Shown piece after piece: positions 1 to 7,918 of a stretch of 32,000 nucleotides of DNA; position 1 is the first letter of the stretch; each line of letters starts with the position of its first letter. Source of the DNA: Candidatus Saccharimonadota bacterium (GTDB taxonomy: Archaea; Nanohalarchaeota; Nanosalinia; Nanosalinales; Nanosalinaceae); assembly GCA_001761425.1 (NCBI GenBank), contig CP012986.1, forward strand, positions 510,001-542,000, written 5' to 3'. The notes beneath the pieces were generated by a model, which was not told the origin of the DNA, did no database searches, and worked only from the letters and a program-made list of their open reading frames with translations. A program made the translations under genes and the position numbers.

Positions 1-297
1 GGTGTAGCAGCTATAGAAGGAGAGGATACTCCTGGTGTAGTTGCTTTCCGGTCAGTGGCTGGAGAGGACTCTTCTGAAATCACTTACCGTGTAGAGTTCA
101 GAAACCTGTGTTCGGAGAGTTCTGGCGAGGTTTCAAAAGTAGATATTGAATCTGATGGGCAGACCAGGGCCTCTGGAAGCACTGAAATCACCTTCACCAA
201 CGATGGGGAAGAGGTCAGTAACACTGTGATTCCAGATGGCGCATGTGAAGGAAGGACCACCCGGACCAGCACCCAGATAGGTATACAGTTAGGTTGA
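1..297 (+). CDS. C-terminal end of a protein whose start lies upstream of the window; first visible gene of the pilus-type operon, function unknown (acidic, Ser/Thr-rich, 2 Cys)
   Basis: Frame 1 is open from base 1 to TGA at 295-297, so the GTG at 55 in the ORF track is probably internal. Only a 4-nt gap to the next gene. Confidence 0.4.
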   Translation, partial: GVAAIEGEDTPGVVAFRSVAGEDSSEITYRVEFRNLCSESSGEVSKVDIESDGQTRASGSTEITFTNDGEEVSNTVIPDGACEGRTTRTSTQIGIQLG

Positions 298-301
298 TAG
301 A

Positions 302-718
302 ATGAGCAAAGGCCAGCACCTGGCTCTGGAATCAGTAGCTACATTTGGCCTTACACTCATAGCAGCAGTAGGAGTTGTCCAGATGTTTGGCCAGGTAAAC
401 GATGGAGTAGTCACCAGCACCGAGGAAACACAGGCAGAGGTTGTCGGCGACGTGGTAAGAAGTACAGTGATTCAAATGGAATCAAGTTCAGAACAGGAAA
501 GAGGATACCATCAACTGGAGCTTCCCGAAAAAATAGGGGGAAAAGACTATACTGTGGCACTCAAGCAGGGAAAAGTACTGGTCTTCACAGATAATAACGA
601 ATTCAGCCAGAACTTCAACCTAGGATCTACAGATAAAGTTCAGGAAGGTTCGGCGCAGGGAGGAAGCGTCCGCATATTCAAAAACAGCGAAGGATACACT
701 TTGAGGTCAGGAAGATGA
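302..718 (+). CDS. Type IV pilin-like protein with class III signal peptide (candidate major pilin, 138 aa)
   Basis: N-terminus MSKGQ/HLALESVATFGLTLIAAVGVV: short basic leader, K-G-Q putative prepilin-peptidase site, then about 20 hydrophobic residues. AGGT 7 nt upstream of the ATG. Stop overlaps the ATPase start (ATGA). Confidence 0.65.
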   Translation: MSKGQHLALESVATFGLTLIAAVGVVQMFGQVNDGVVTSTEETQAEVVGDVVRSTVIQMESSSEQERGYHQLELPEKIGGKDYTVALKQGKVLVFTDNNEFSQNFNLGSTDKVQEGSAQGGSVRIFKNSEGYTLRSGR

Positions 719-2418
719 ACCCGGGAATGCAGAACTTAATAAAACGTCTACAAAGGCTAAAGCATCCAGAAAGATTCGAACAAAGGGAAGATGAGAGAGA
801 AGATAGCCCAGGAGTAAGTGTACCTATTCCAGGAGATTTCGATCCAGAAACAGTAGAACAGGAAAGTGAGGAGGAACAAAGTGAAGGCCTTGAGGATACA
901 GATATAACATATCCTTTGACTCCGACTGATCCTGCGGAAGGAGAAACGGTCTATGCATGGGCTCATATCACCTGGGACGAACAGGGAGAGGAACTTGTAT
1001 ACAGGGTTATAGAGCCTCAGAGAACGCCTAGGACAGATCAGATCCTTGATAAGATCAAAAATATTCTTGAGAGCAGTTTTGACGTTGATTTCAATGAACT
1101 TGCTACTGATGAGGCCCATGAATATCTTGAGGATAAAATTGATCATATTATAGACAAGTATGATATCTCTCTAAACGGTAAGGAACAGCAGATAATCCGA
1201 TACTATGCAAAGAGAGACTTTGTAGGCCTTGGCAAGCTTCAGCCGTTGATGAATGACACAGAGGTTGAGGATATTTCGTGTGACGGCCTTGATATACCTG
1301 TCTATGTTGATCACAGGAATCCGAAGTTTGGTTCGATCAAGACTTCGGTGATGTGGACGGAGGCCGAGGAGCTTAACAGTTTCGTGATGAAGATGGCTCA
1401 GAGATGCGGTAAATCAGTTTCTGTGGCCAATCCTTTGCTTGATGGTTCTCTTCCGGATGGATCACGTGTACAGGCGACACTTGCGACAGATATTGCCAGG
1501 AAGGGTTCGAACTTCACTATCAGAAGGTTTACAGAGGATCCTTTGACACCAGTCCATATGATGGATTTCGAGACAGAGAACGCCCAGTTACTCAGTTATC
1601 TCTGGTTTATGATTGAGCATGAGAAATCTACCTTGATCGCAGGTACTACGGGAGCAGGTAAGACTTCACAGCTCAACGCTTTGTCTCTGTTCATCAAGCC
1701 GGAGAAAAAGATCGTCTCAATTGAGGATACGCCGGAGCTCAGGCTTCCACATGATCACTGGGTGCCGGAAGTCGCAAGAAGTGGTTTCGGATCAAGTGCT
1801 GAAGAAGGCGGAGAAGTATCTCTTGATAACCTGTTGAAGGAGTCTCTGCGTCAGAGGCCTGAGTTTATCATTGTTGGTGAGGTCAGAGGTGAGGAGGCCT
1901 ATATCCTGTTCCAGCAGATGGCCACAGGGCATACAGGTATGTCGACGATCCACGCTGATTCTCTTGGCATGCTTATGGATCGTTTGACAACTAACCCGAT
2001 TGATCTTTCGCCGAGTCTTATCGAGACTCTGGATGTTGTGATGCTTATCTCGAGGATCCGCCGTGGAGATACGTATATCAGGAGGATCAAAGGGATATAT
2101 GAGATCCGGGATTATGATGAGAAGAGAGGCCTTCAGGCGAATAAGGTGTTTGGCTGGGATCCTGAGGAGGATGAGTACTACCAGGAGAATAATTCTCTTA
2201 TCCTGGATGATATCAAAGCTGAGAGTACAATGGATGAGGATGATATCCAGAAAGAGCTTGCGAACCGCCAGCTGGTCCTTAATTACATGCAGGATCAGCA
2301 GATTAAGAATTTCCAGGATGTTGGCGACGTGATTTCCCGGTATTACTATAATCCGGATCAGGTTCTCGGGGATATTGACCAAACATTTAATTCGGAAGAG
2401 AAGAATATCGATACATAG
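715..2418 (+). CDS. Type IV pilus/archaellum-family assembly ATPase (FlaI/PilB/EpdL/TadA-like, GspE-VirB11 superfamily)
   Basis: Walker A GTTGAGKTS, Walker B region EFIIVGEVRGEEA, His box TGHTGMSTIHA, N-domain YRVIEPQ motif typical of archaeal FlaI/PilB. Acidic N-terminal extension. GAGGT SD-like element 7 nt upstream. Confidence 0.9.
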   Translation: MNPGMQNLIKRLQRLKHPERFEQREDEREDSPGVSVPIPGDFDPETVEQESEEEQSEGLEDTDITYPLTPTDPAEGETVYAWAHITWDEQGEELVYRVIEPQRTPRTDQILDKIKNILESSFDVDFNELATDEAHEYLEDKIDHIIDKYDISLNGKEQQIIRYYAKRDFVGLGKLQPLMNDTEVEDISCDGLDIPVYVDHRNPKFGSIKTSVMWTEAEELNSFVMKMAQRCGKSVSVANPLLDGSLPDGSRVQATLATDIARKGSNFTIRRFTEDPLTPVHMMDFETENAQLLSYLWFMIEHEKSTLIAGTTGAGKTSQLNALSLFIKPEKKIVSIEDTPELRLPHDHWVPEVARSGFGSSAEEGGEVSLDNLLKESLRQRPEFIIVGEVRGEEAYILFQQMATGHTGMSTIHADSLGMLMDRLTTNPIDLSPSLIETLDVVMLISRIRRGDTYIRRIKGIYEIRDYDEKRGLQANKVFGWDPEEDEYYQENNSLILDDIKAESTMDEDDIQKELANRQLVLNYMQDQQIKNFQDVGDVISRYYYNPDQVLGDIDQTFNSEEKNIDT

Positions 2419-2421
2419 AAG

Positions 2422-3291
2422 ATGAAAAAATATGCTGACTTCTGCTATGATCAGGTAGGGTCCTACGCTCTCCAGATGCTGGACAGCTTTGAAGGCCTCA
2501 GACCACAGCTTACAAAGGCAGGTATACAGGTCTCCCTGCCTGAATACGTCAGCATGATGCTTTTCTCGTCTATAATCTCTGGTCTGGTCGGCACAGTGTT
2601 TTTGAGCGTCATCTTCATCCTGGAATCAGGAATTCCAGGCCTTATAATGGGTATCAGCTTCGGTGCTATGATTGGCGGAGGAACTTTCATAGGTTTCTAC
2701 CTGCTTCCATCCATCAAGATAAACAATAGAGGGGCGAAGATCGAAGATACTCTTCCATTCGCAGTTATGTATCTTTCAACGCTTGCAGGAACAGGTACAT
2801 CAGTAACAGAGATGTTTCGAAACCTTGCAGAGTCAGATGAGTACGATGAACTGGCGAGCGAAGCTGAGAAAATACATAGAGATATTGAATCCTTTGGAAT
2901 GGATATAGGAGAGGCCTTGACAAAGGGAGCAGAGCGTTCTCCAAGCGATGACCTTGAGGAAGTTCTCTGGGGTATGAACCATGTTATAACTACAGGAGGA
3001 TCTCTTAGAGAATTTCTGGATCAGAGAGCTACTTCTTTAATGGAGGATTACGAGAGAAGGATCGATGAGTTCTCTGAAAAGCTTTCACTGCTCGTTGAGA
3101 TGTATATTATACTTGTTATTGTCGGCTCAATTATCTTCACTTCTATGTCGGTCGTTGTAAGTGCTTTTGGAGGTATTGATCCAAGCCTGGTTATACTGAT
3201 TCAGGCCTTATCTGTGTTTGTTGGCTTACCCTTCATATCTGTAGGATTCATAATCCTGGTTGACGGCATCTCGCCGGGAGGTATTGACTGA
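2422..3291 (+). CDS. TadC/PilC/FlaJ-family polytopic membrane protein, first of two single-domain halves (EpdJ/K-like)
   Basis: TM segments flank one T2SSF-like helical cytoplasmic domain (LPFAVMYLSTLAGTGTS ... GGSLREFLDQRA). Lies immediately after the ATPase gene (3-nt gap). Confidence 0.75.
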   Translation: MKKYADFCYDQVGSYALQMLDSFEGLRPQLTKAGIQVSLPEYVSMMLFSSIISGLVGTVFLSVIFILESGIPGLIMGISFGAMIGGGTFIGFYLLPSIKINNRGAKIEDTLPFAVMYLSTLAGTGTSVTEMFRNLAESDEYDELASEAEKIHRDIESFGMDIGEALTKGAERSPSDDLEEVLWGMNHVITTGGSLREFLDQRATSLMEDYERRIDEFSEKLSLLVEMYIILVIVGSIIFTSMSVVVSAFGGIDPSLVILIQALSVFVGLPFISVGFIILVDGISPGGID

Positions 3292-4304
3292 TGGATCTGT
3301 TTGAGAATGATGGACCGGATAATGAATCAAAGAGAGATCAGATAATTAAATACTCCGCAGCGGCTGGAGCAAGCCTTGTGATGATAGGTATCTTGCTTTA
3401 TGTCGTAATTGGGCCTCAGGCAGGAGGTGCACTCATTATCCTGGGTGTTATCTCTTCTGTTGTACCTTATGGTGGTCTTTCTTTCCTGGAAAACCGCAGG
3501 ATTAAGGAGATGGAGGATCAGTTCCCGGCTTTCCTTAATGGTCTTGCTGAGTCGAAGAGAGGAGGTATGACACTTCTGGATGCATTTGAATCTGCTCACA
3601 ATACTGACTATGGCCGTTTGAACGATGAAATCGAACAGGTTTACAATGAGTTGAGCTGGGGTATACCGTTCCCTGAAGTGATGGAGAGATTCAGCCAGAG
3701 AGTCTCGGATTCTGCCGTGATGCAGAACTCTATATCTATCATTATCCAGAGTTTCAGAAGCGGAGGGAATATTACACATACTGTTGATGCTGTAGCAGAT
3801 GAAGCTGCCACCCTCAGGAATGTTGTGAAGCAGAAAAACTCTCAGCTTAAACAGCAGATGATGATAATGTATGTCATCTACCTGCTGTTCATAGGTATCA
3901 CTCTAGGCCTCTACATGATGCTTGACCAGCTTATGGGATTCGGTACTCAAGGAGGAGGAGCATTCTCCAACATAGGCGAACTTACAGGTTCAAGCCAGAA
4001 TATCAACTACTGTACTGGAAGCATACCGGCAGCACAGCCTTTTTGCCAGATCTCACAGGTATTTGGATTTATTCCGGAAGGCGTTGCACTGGGATCTGAA
4101 GAGGCCATAACTAACAGCTACGGTAAGATGGCATACTACAAATCCCTGCTGTTCACCATGCTCATGATTCAGGGAGTATCTACCTCAGCAGTAGCCGGCA
4201 AAATTACCTCAGGAAAAGCTGCTGCCGGGATCAAACACGCAATGATTATGATCCCGCTGGCCTTCATCGCCTTCATGACAATAGTCGCCCCAATAGGTGT
4301 ATAA
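3291..4304 (+). CDS. TadC/PilC/FlaJ-family polytopic membrane protein, second half
   Basis: One T2SSF-like domain (FPAFLNGLAESKRGGMTLLDAFE ... FRSGGNITHTVD) plus TM segments. GGGAGGT SD 8 nt upstream. Start overlaps the preceding stop (TGATG). Confidence 0.75.
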   Translation: MDLFENDGPDNESKRDQIIKYSAAAGASLVMIGILLYVVIGPQAGGALIILGVISSVVPYGGLSFLENRRIKEMEDQFPAFLNGLAESKRGGMTLLDAFESAHNTDYGRLNDEIEQVYNELSWGIPFPEVMERFSQRVSDSAVMQNSISIIIQSFRSGGNITHTVDAVADEAATLRNVVKQKNSQLKQQMMIMYVIYLLFIGITLGLYMMLDQLMGFGTQGGGAFSNIGELTGSSQNINYCTGSIPAAQPFCQISQVFGFIPEGVALGSEEAITNSYGKMAYYKSLLFTMLMIQGVSTSAVAGKITSGKAAAGIKHAMIMIPLAFIAFMTIVAPIGV

Positions 4305-4309
4305 ACCCA

Positions 4310-5143
4310 TTGAAAGGACAGGTAACAATAGAATTCCTTGCATCATTCTTCCTCTACATACTGGCAGTGGTAGCAGTATTCCAGTTCGTATCCAGCGGAA
4401 TCCCTGACTTCAACAACTCGATGAACCAGAAAACACTGCACTACGAAGCCAAATATGTATCAGACCAGATGCTGAAACAGCCAGGATACCACACAGAAGG
4501 CCTCGGAGGAACAAACTGGGAGAAAAACAGTTCAACCAGGAACTCCCTTAACAGCCTGGGCCTCGCATCAGAATACATGAAGATCGACCCGGATAAACTC
4601 GAACAGCTATCGACTGTAGGACAGTCCAAGGTAAATTACTCACAGTTCATAGATACTGTAGGAGTAGATAACCAGTACTATTTCAATTTCACGTGGACTC
4701 CGGTCGTGAAAACATACCAGAGCTTCTACAAGAGAGATCCGCCTACAGGCCTTACTGTCCCTGACCATGACTTGTACCAGAGGGCTAGAGGCAGGGTCCA
4801 TTACGGTAATGTAACTCTTAACGGAGAGACCAGGCATTTTCTTGTTACAGAACACAGAACCGGATACAACACCACCTATGTATCAGGAAACAGGGATTTC
4901 CAGAACTCGGATCCCAGAGGCCTTGATTCTACCGTCAGTTTCGGCGGGCAGATTTTCAAAGTATCAGGTTTTCAGAACATAAGATATCATAGAGGAGGCC
5001 TTGTTTTCCTGGAAAGTCATGTGAAAGGTTTTGGAAGTAGTCTTGACCGTTCAGAAGAAGTGGTCAAGTTCAACCGTTATCCTTCTTATGACGCCGATAA
5101 CTCAGATCTTATGCCTATGAGAGTGGAGGTGTATGTCACTTGA
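4310..5143 (+). CDS. Pilin-like protein with class III signal peptide, 277 aa, sequon-rich
   Basis: TTG start giving MKGQ/VTIEFLASFFLYILAVVAVF, with Glu at +5 after the putative G/Q cleavage. AGGTG 10 nt upstream. Six N-x-S/T sequons (NNS, NSS, NYS, NFT, NVT, NTT). Confidence 0.6.
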   Translation: MKGQVTIEFLASFFLYILAVVAVFQFVSSGIPDFNNSMNQKTLHYEAKYVSDQMLKQPGYHTEGLGGTNWEKNSSTRNSLNSLGLASEYMKIDPDKLEQLSTVGQSKVNYSQFIDTVGVDNQYYFNFTWTPVVKTYQSFYKRDPPTGLTVPDHDLYQRARGRVHYGNVTLNGETRHFLVTEHRTGYNTTYVSGNRDFQNSDPRGLDSTVSFGGQIFKVSGFQNIRYHRGGLVFLESHVKGFGSSLDRSEEVVKFNRYPSYDADNSDLMPMRVEVYVT

Positions 5144-6909
5144 GGAAGGGACAGATGCATGTTATCGATGCTGTGGCAGCGGTAATGATCCTCTTTTTCT
5201 TCGCTATCAGCGGATTCAACATGTCAGATGCCAGGGACTGGACCCGGTTCGAGAACCAGATAACTACAGGAGATCTCAGTTACACCATGAAAGAAACAGG
5301 TCACATAGATGAGTTTGTATCGAAAGGAAGCACAGGGAGCCTGAAACAGGCCTTTAACGGGATTACCCAGAGAGATTTCAGTACATCAGGAGATATCAGA
5401 GGGACAGCACCGAACCTGGATATAGGGTTTTTCAGAAGGCCTTCTCAGATAAGTGATGCTCCCGTCAGTAATGTTTCATCCGGCGATAGTTGCGATGATG
5501 AGGTGCAGAACCAGTTGCAGAGCCGTTCTGCTACACCTGTGCTTAAGACTGAGGCCTCGTCTATCAAAAGTAATAATGGAGATATCACATTCTATCTGGG
5601 AGATTATCATATTAACGAGGATCTGGTATCTCAGGTCAAGTATGATTCAGTGTGGATTGACCAGGGAGGCTGTGATTTTGGCCGTTTATCTGACCCCTAC
5701 AGTCTTGGAGAAATATTTGAATGGGGAGATGGAAACTACTACGAGTTCAGAGATGTTGATGTGAGTGTCGATACCTGGACAGGGACAGTGGAGCTTGCGG
5801 AGGCAGACCAGATGAAAAGAATGCAGGAGACTATGCAAAGTCCTATGAACGGCATCAAAAACCGCGTTAAGATCGACTCATTCACGTTCAACGACGATAC
5901 TGAAGGCCTTGACTTCTTCATATTTGCGGAGAAAGAAACTCTTCAACATATAGAAGATGAAGACCAGAGAAACACTGTCAACAGAATGATAGAAGATAAT
6001 CCAGTCCTGTTCATGGCTAACCTGAACCAGTCCCTGGTACAGAACACTGTACTCCGGGAAAACGGGTTCCAGTGGAAAAACCTTGGCTACAGAACAGATG
6101 AGGGCTGTGGAGCTTCCGATCAGGAGGTTAATGACTCCTGTGGAACGCTTGAAGTAGGTTTTTCCTCCCATCAGGACTCAAAGAAGACAAAAGAGATGAT
6201 GTCGGGTATGAAAACATACTTCTCCAGTATCTCCCTTTACCCTGAAGGCAGTGTAGTCACTGAGGATAAAGGTGCATTATCATTTGACAAGACCATGTAC
6301 CTTGAAAACTTCGCCTACTCCGGAATCAGTGAGGACAGGGTTAACACAGGCCTTACAGAGGATACATCTGTCACAGGAAGGCCTGATACCCATTGTAATA
6401 ATATCACTTCAGGTACATTGGATTTCCCGGATTCAGATGGGAATCTGGAAACTCTTGAGATAGTTAATACCCAGTTAGGTAAATCCGACTCTTACTGCAG
6501 CCAGAACAACAGAGCTCTTTACATAGACAGGGATGATGACGGAGATTTCTCCGAGTCCGATGAAGGGCCTTTCCAGGAAGGTGAGAAAACGGATATCAGA
6601 GGCCTTACATACGTGACAAGGATATATGACTCTACCGCTTCCGGCTGTGGGCCTGATGACTGTGCTGGGTTTGTACTTGATGAGAATGCCCAGCTGAACG
6701 TTTTCACATATGAGAGCGGCGGTGATGTCGGCAGGACGCCTTATGAAGATTCTTTCAGTTCCGAAGACAGGAAGGCTATCGCAGGTTTCATCTATATGAT
6801 GGCAGGGCCGACGCAGTTAGAGGGAAGGACCAGCGGTGAGATCTCGACCAGTATCTACGGTTCAACAGGCGAAGAGCCTTACAGGATCAATATGAGGTGG
6901 CAGAACTGA
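5140..6909 (+). CDS. Large (589 aa) acidic, Cys-rich pilin-like/pilus-associated protein with class III signal peptide
   Basis: TTG start overlapping the upstream stop (TTGA), with GGAGGTG SD at 5125-5131, 8 nt upstream. N-terminus MRKGQ/MHVIDAVAAVMILFFFAI. At least 10 Cys, mostly in close pairs. DRDDDGDFSESDEG Ca-binding-like stretch. Confidence 0.55.
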   Translation: MRKGQMHVIDAVAAVMILFFFAISGFNMSDARDWTRFENQITTGDLSYTMKETGHIDEFVSKGSTGSLKQAFNGITQRDFSTSGDIRGTAPNLDIGFFRRPSQISDAPVSNVSSGDSCDDEVQNQLQSRSATPVLKTEASSIKSNNGDITFYLGDYHINEDLVSQVKYDSVWIDQGGCDFGRLSDPYSLGEIFEWGDGNYYEFRDVDVSVDTWTGTVELAEADQMKRMQETMQSPMNGIKNRVKIDSFTFNDDTEGLDFFIFAEKETLQHIEDEDQRNTVNRMIEDNPVLFMANLNQSLVQNTVLRENGFQWKNLGYRTDEGCGASDQEVNDSCGTLEVGFSSHQDSKKTKEMMSGMKTYFSSISLYPEGSVVTEDKGALSFDKTMYLENFAYSGISEDRVNTGLTEDTSVTGRPDTHCNNITSGTLDFPDSDGNLETLEIVNTQLGKSDSYCSQNNRALYIDRDDDGDFSESDEGPFQEGEKTDIRGLTYVTRIYDSTASGCGPDDCAGFVLDENAQLNVFTYESGGDVGRTPYEDSFSSEDRKAIAGFIYMMAGPTQLEGRTSGEISTSIYGSTGEEPYRINMRWQN

Positions 6910-7838
6910 AAGGACAGTTCATGATTATATCTGCAGTCCTTGTAAGCATCCTGCTGATGTCAACAGCCACTACAATGTCTGAAATCAGGGAAAGCGACTT
7001 CTCACCGATCGAGAAAGATTATCACGTCAACAGCATAGAACAGGTTGGAGAGAAACTTGATCTAGCGAAGAAAAGCGATCGGAAAGAATTCAGACAAACA
7101 GTAGACTACATATCCTCATACACAACAGACCTGACATTCTGGGAGGAAAGAAGATGTTACAACCTAACCCTGTCCAACACGGAAACAGAGACAAGGATAA
7201 CGTGTGCGGGAAACGGATCGGTCTTCCACGACTCATTCGAGGACGGAGAACACACAGACCCGCTCTGGATAAAAAGAGGACAGGACGGAAACATGCAGGT
7301 CATCACAGAATACTCGCCAAAAAACGGACAGAAGGCCCTGAAACTTCAGGAAAACGGACAGAACAGCACAAGCTTCAAGGCCCAGCTCCAGCAAAACTTC
7401 GACATCTGGGAACAGGCCTGGACAGCACAAGGCCTCTACAGGACAAACTCTATAGACAAGACAACAGCTCAGAGACATGAAATCATACTCAATGACAACC
7501 AGAACCATAACGACCAGATCCATGTACAGCTCGGTGTAGCTGACCACGGAGGAAATAATATCAGATTCAGGATCAAGAATGAAGGCCTGATAGACAATCC
7601 TGACAGTACAAACGTTAACTGGCAGGAAAACACCTGGTATGGCTGGAAGATAATACATGATGGCTCAGGAAATTATGATGGAAAAATATGGGAATACAGA
7701 AATGGAGAGCCACAGAACTCCGATATAACTGCCTCAGGAGACACATCTACAAACCCGGGAGCAGTATCCTACAGAATGAACGGTACGGCCGGAAGCAGTT
7801 TCCAGATAGCCCATGACTACCTCAAACTCGATAACTGA
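6897..7838 (+). CDS. Pilin-like protein with class III signal peptide and C-terminal beta-sandwich lectin-like (ConA/LamG-like) domain
   Basis: GTG start gives MAELKGQ/FMIISAVLVSILLM, keeping the K-G-Q motif shared by the other three; the ATG at 6921 would lose it. The C-terminal ~200 aa starts FHDSFEDG...W and contains NTWYGWKIIHDGSGNYDGKIWEY. Five sequons. Confidence 0.55.
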   Translation: MAELKGQFMIISAVLVSILLMSTATTMSEIRESDFSPIEKDYHVNSIEQVGEKLDLAKKSDRKEFRQTVDYISSYTTDLTFWEERRCYNLTLSNTETETRITCAGNGSVFHDSFEDGEHTDPLWIKRGQDGNMQVITEYSPKNGQKALKLQENGQNSTSFKAQLQQNFDIWEQAWTAQGLYRTNSIDKTTAQRHEIILNDNQNHNDQIHVQLGVADHGGNNIRFRIKNEGLIDNPDSTNVNWQENTWYGWKIIHDGSGNYDGKIWEYRNGEPQNSDITASGDTSTNPGAVSYRMNGTAGSSFQIAHDYLKLDN

Positions 7839-7918
7839 ACACCAAGTTTAGATGACAGAGAACAAGCCTTTTACAGCTAGTTCTGAAAGTCTCTGTCAAA
7901 GTTACTCCTCTAAAGGCC

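Noticed and set aside
1792-2382. 196-aa antisense ORF inside the pilus ATPase gene. Similar shadow ORFs: 757-1146, 3327-3779, 7233-7658, 13384-13749, 15006-15398, 23818-24177, 28777-29145, 29869-30243.
   Set aside because: All lie opposite or out of frame to genes with strong family motifs. They encode basic, Ile/Leu/Arg/Cys-rich sequences inconsistent with the acidic proteome, which is typical of shadow ORFs.
3285-3295. The split TadC/PilC genes as a frameshifted pseudogene
   Set aside because: The second ORF has its own GGGAGGT SD 8 nt upstream and a canonical TGATG coupling overlap, and both halves are full single-domain proteins. Read-level confirmation is still desirable.
1-7838. Interpretation of the ATPase/membrane/pilin cluster as an archaellum (fla/arl) operon
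   Set aside because: There is no FlaH (KaiC-like), FlaF/G, FlaC/D/E or FlaX-type gene. The platform protein is split as in Epd/Tad systems, and the pilin-like proteins are heterogeneous and large. A pilus is the better reading.
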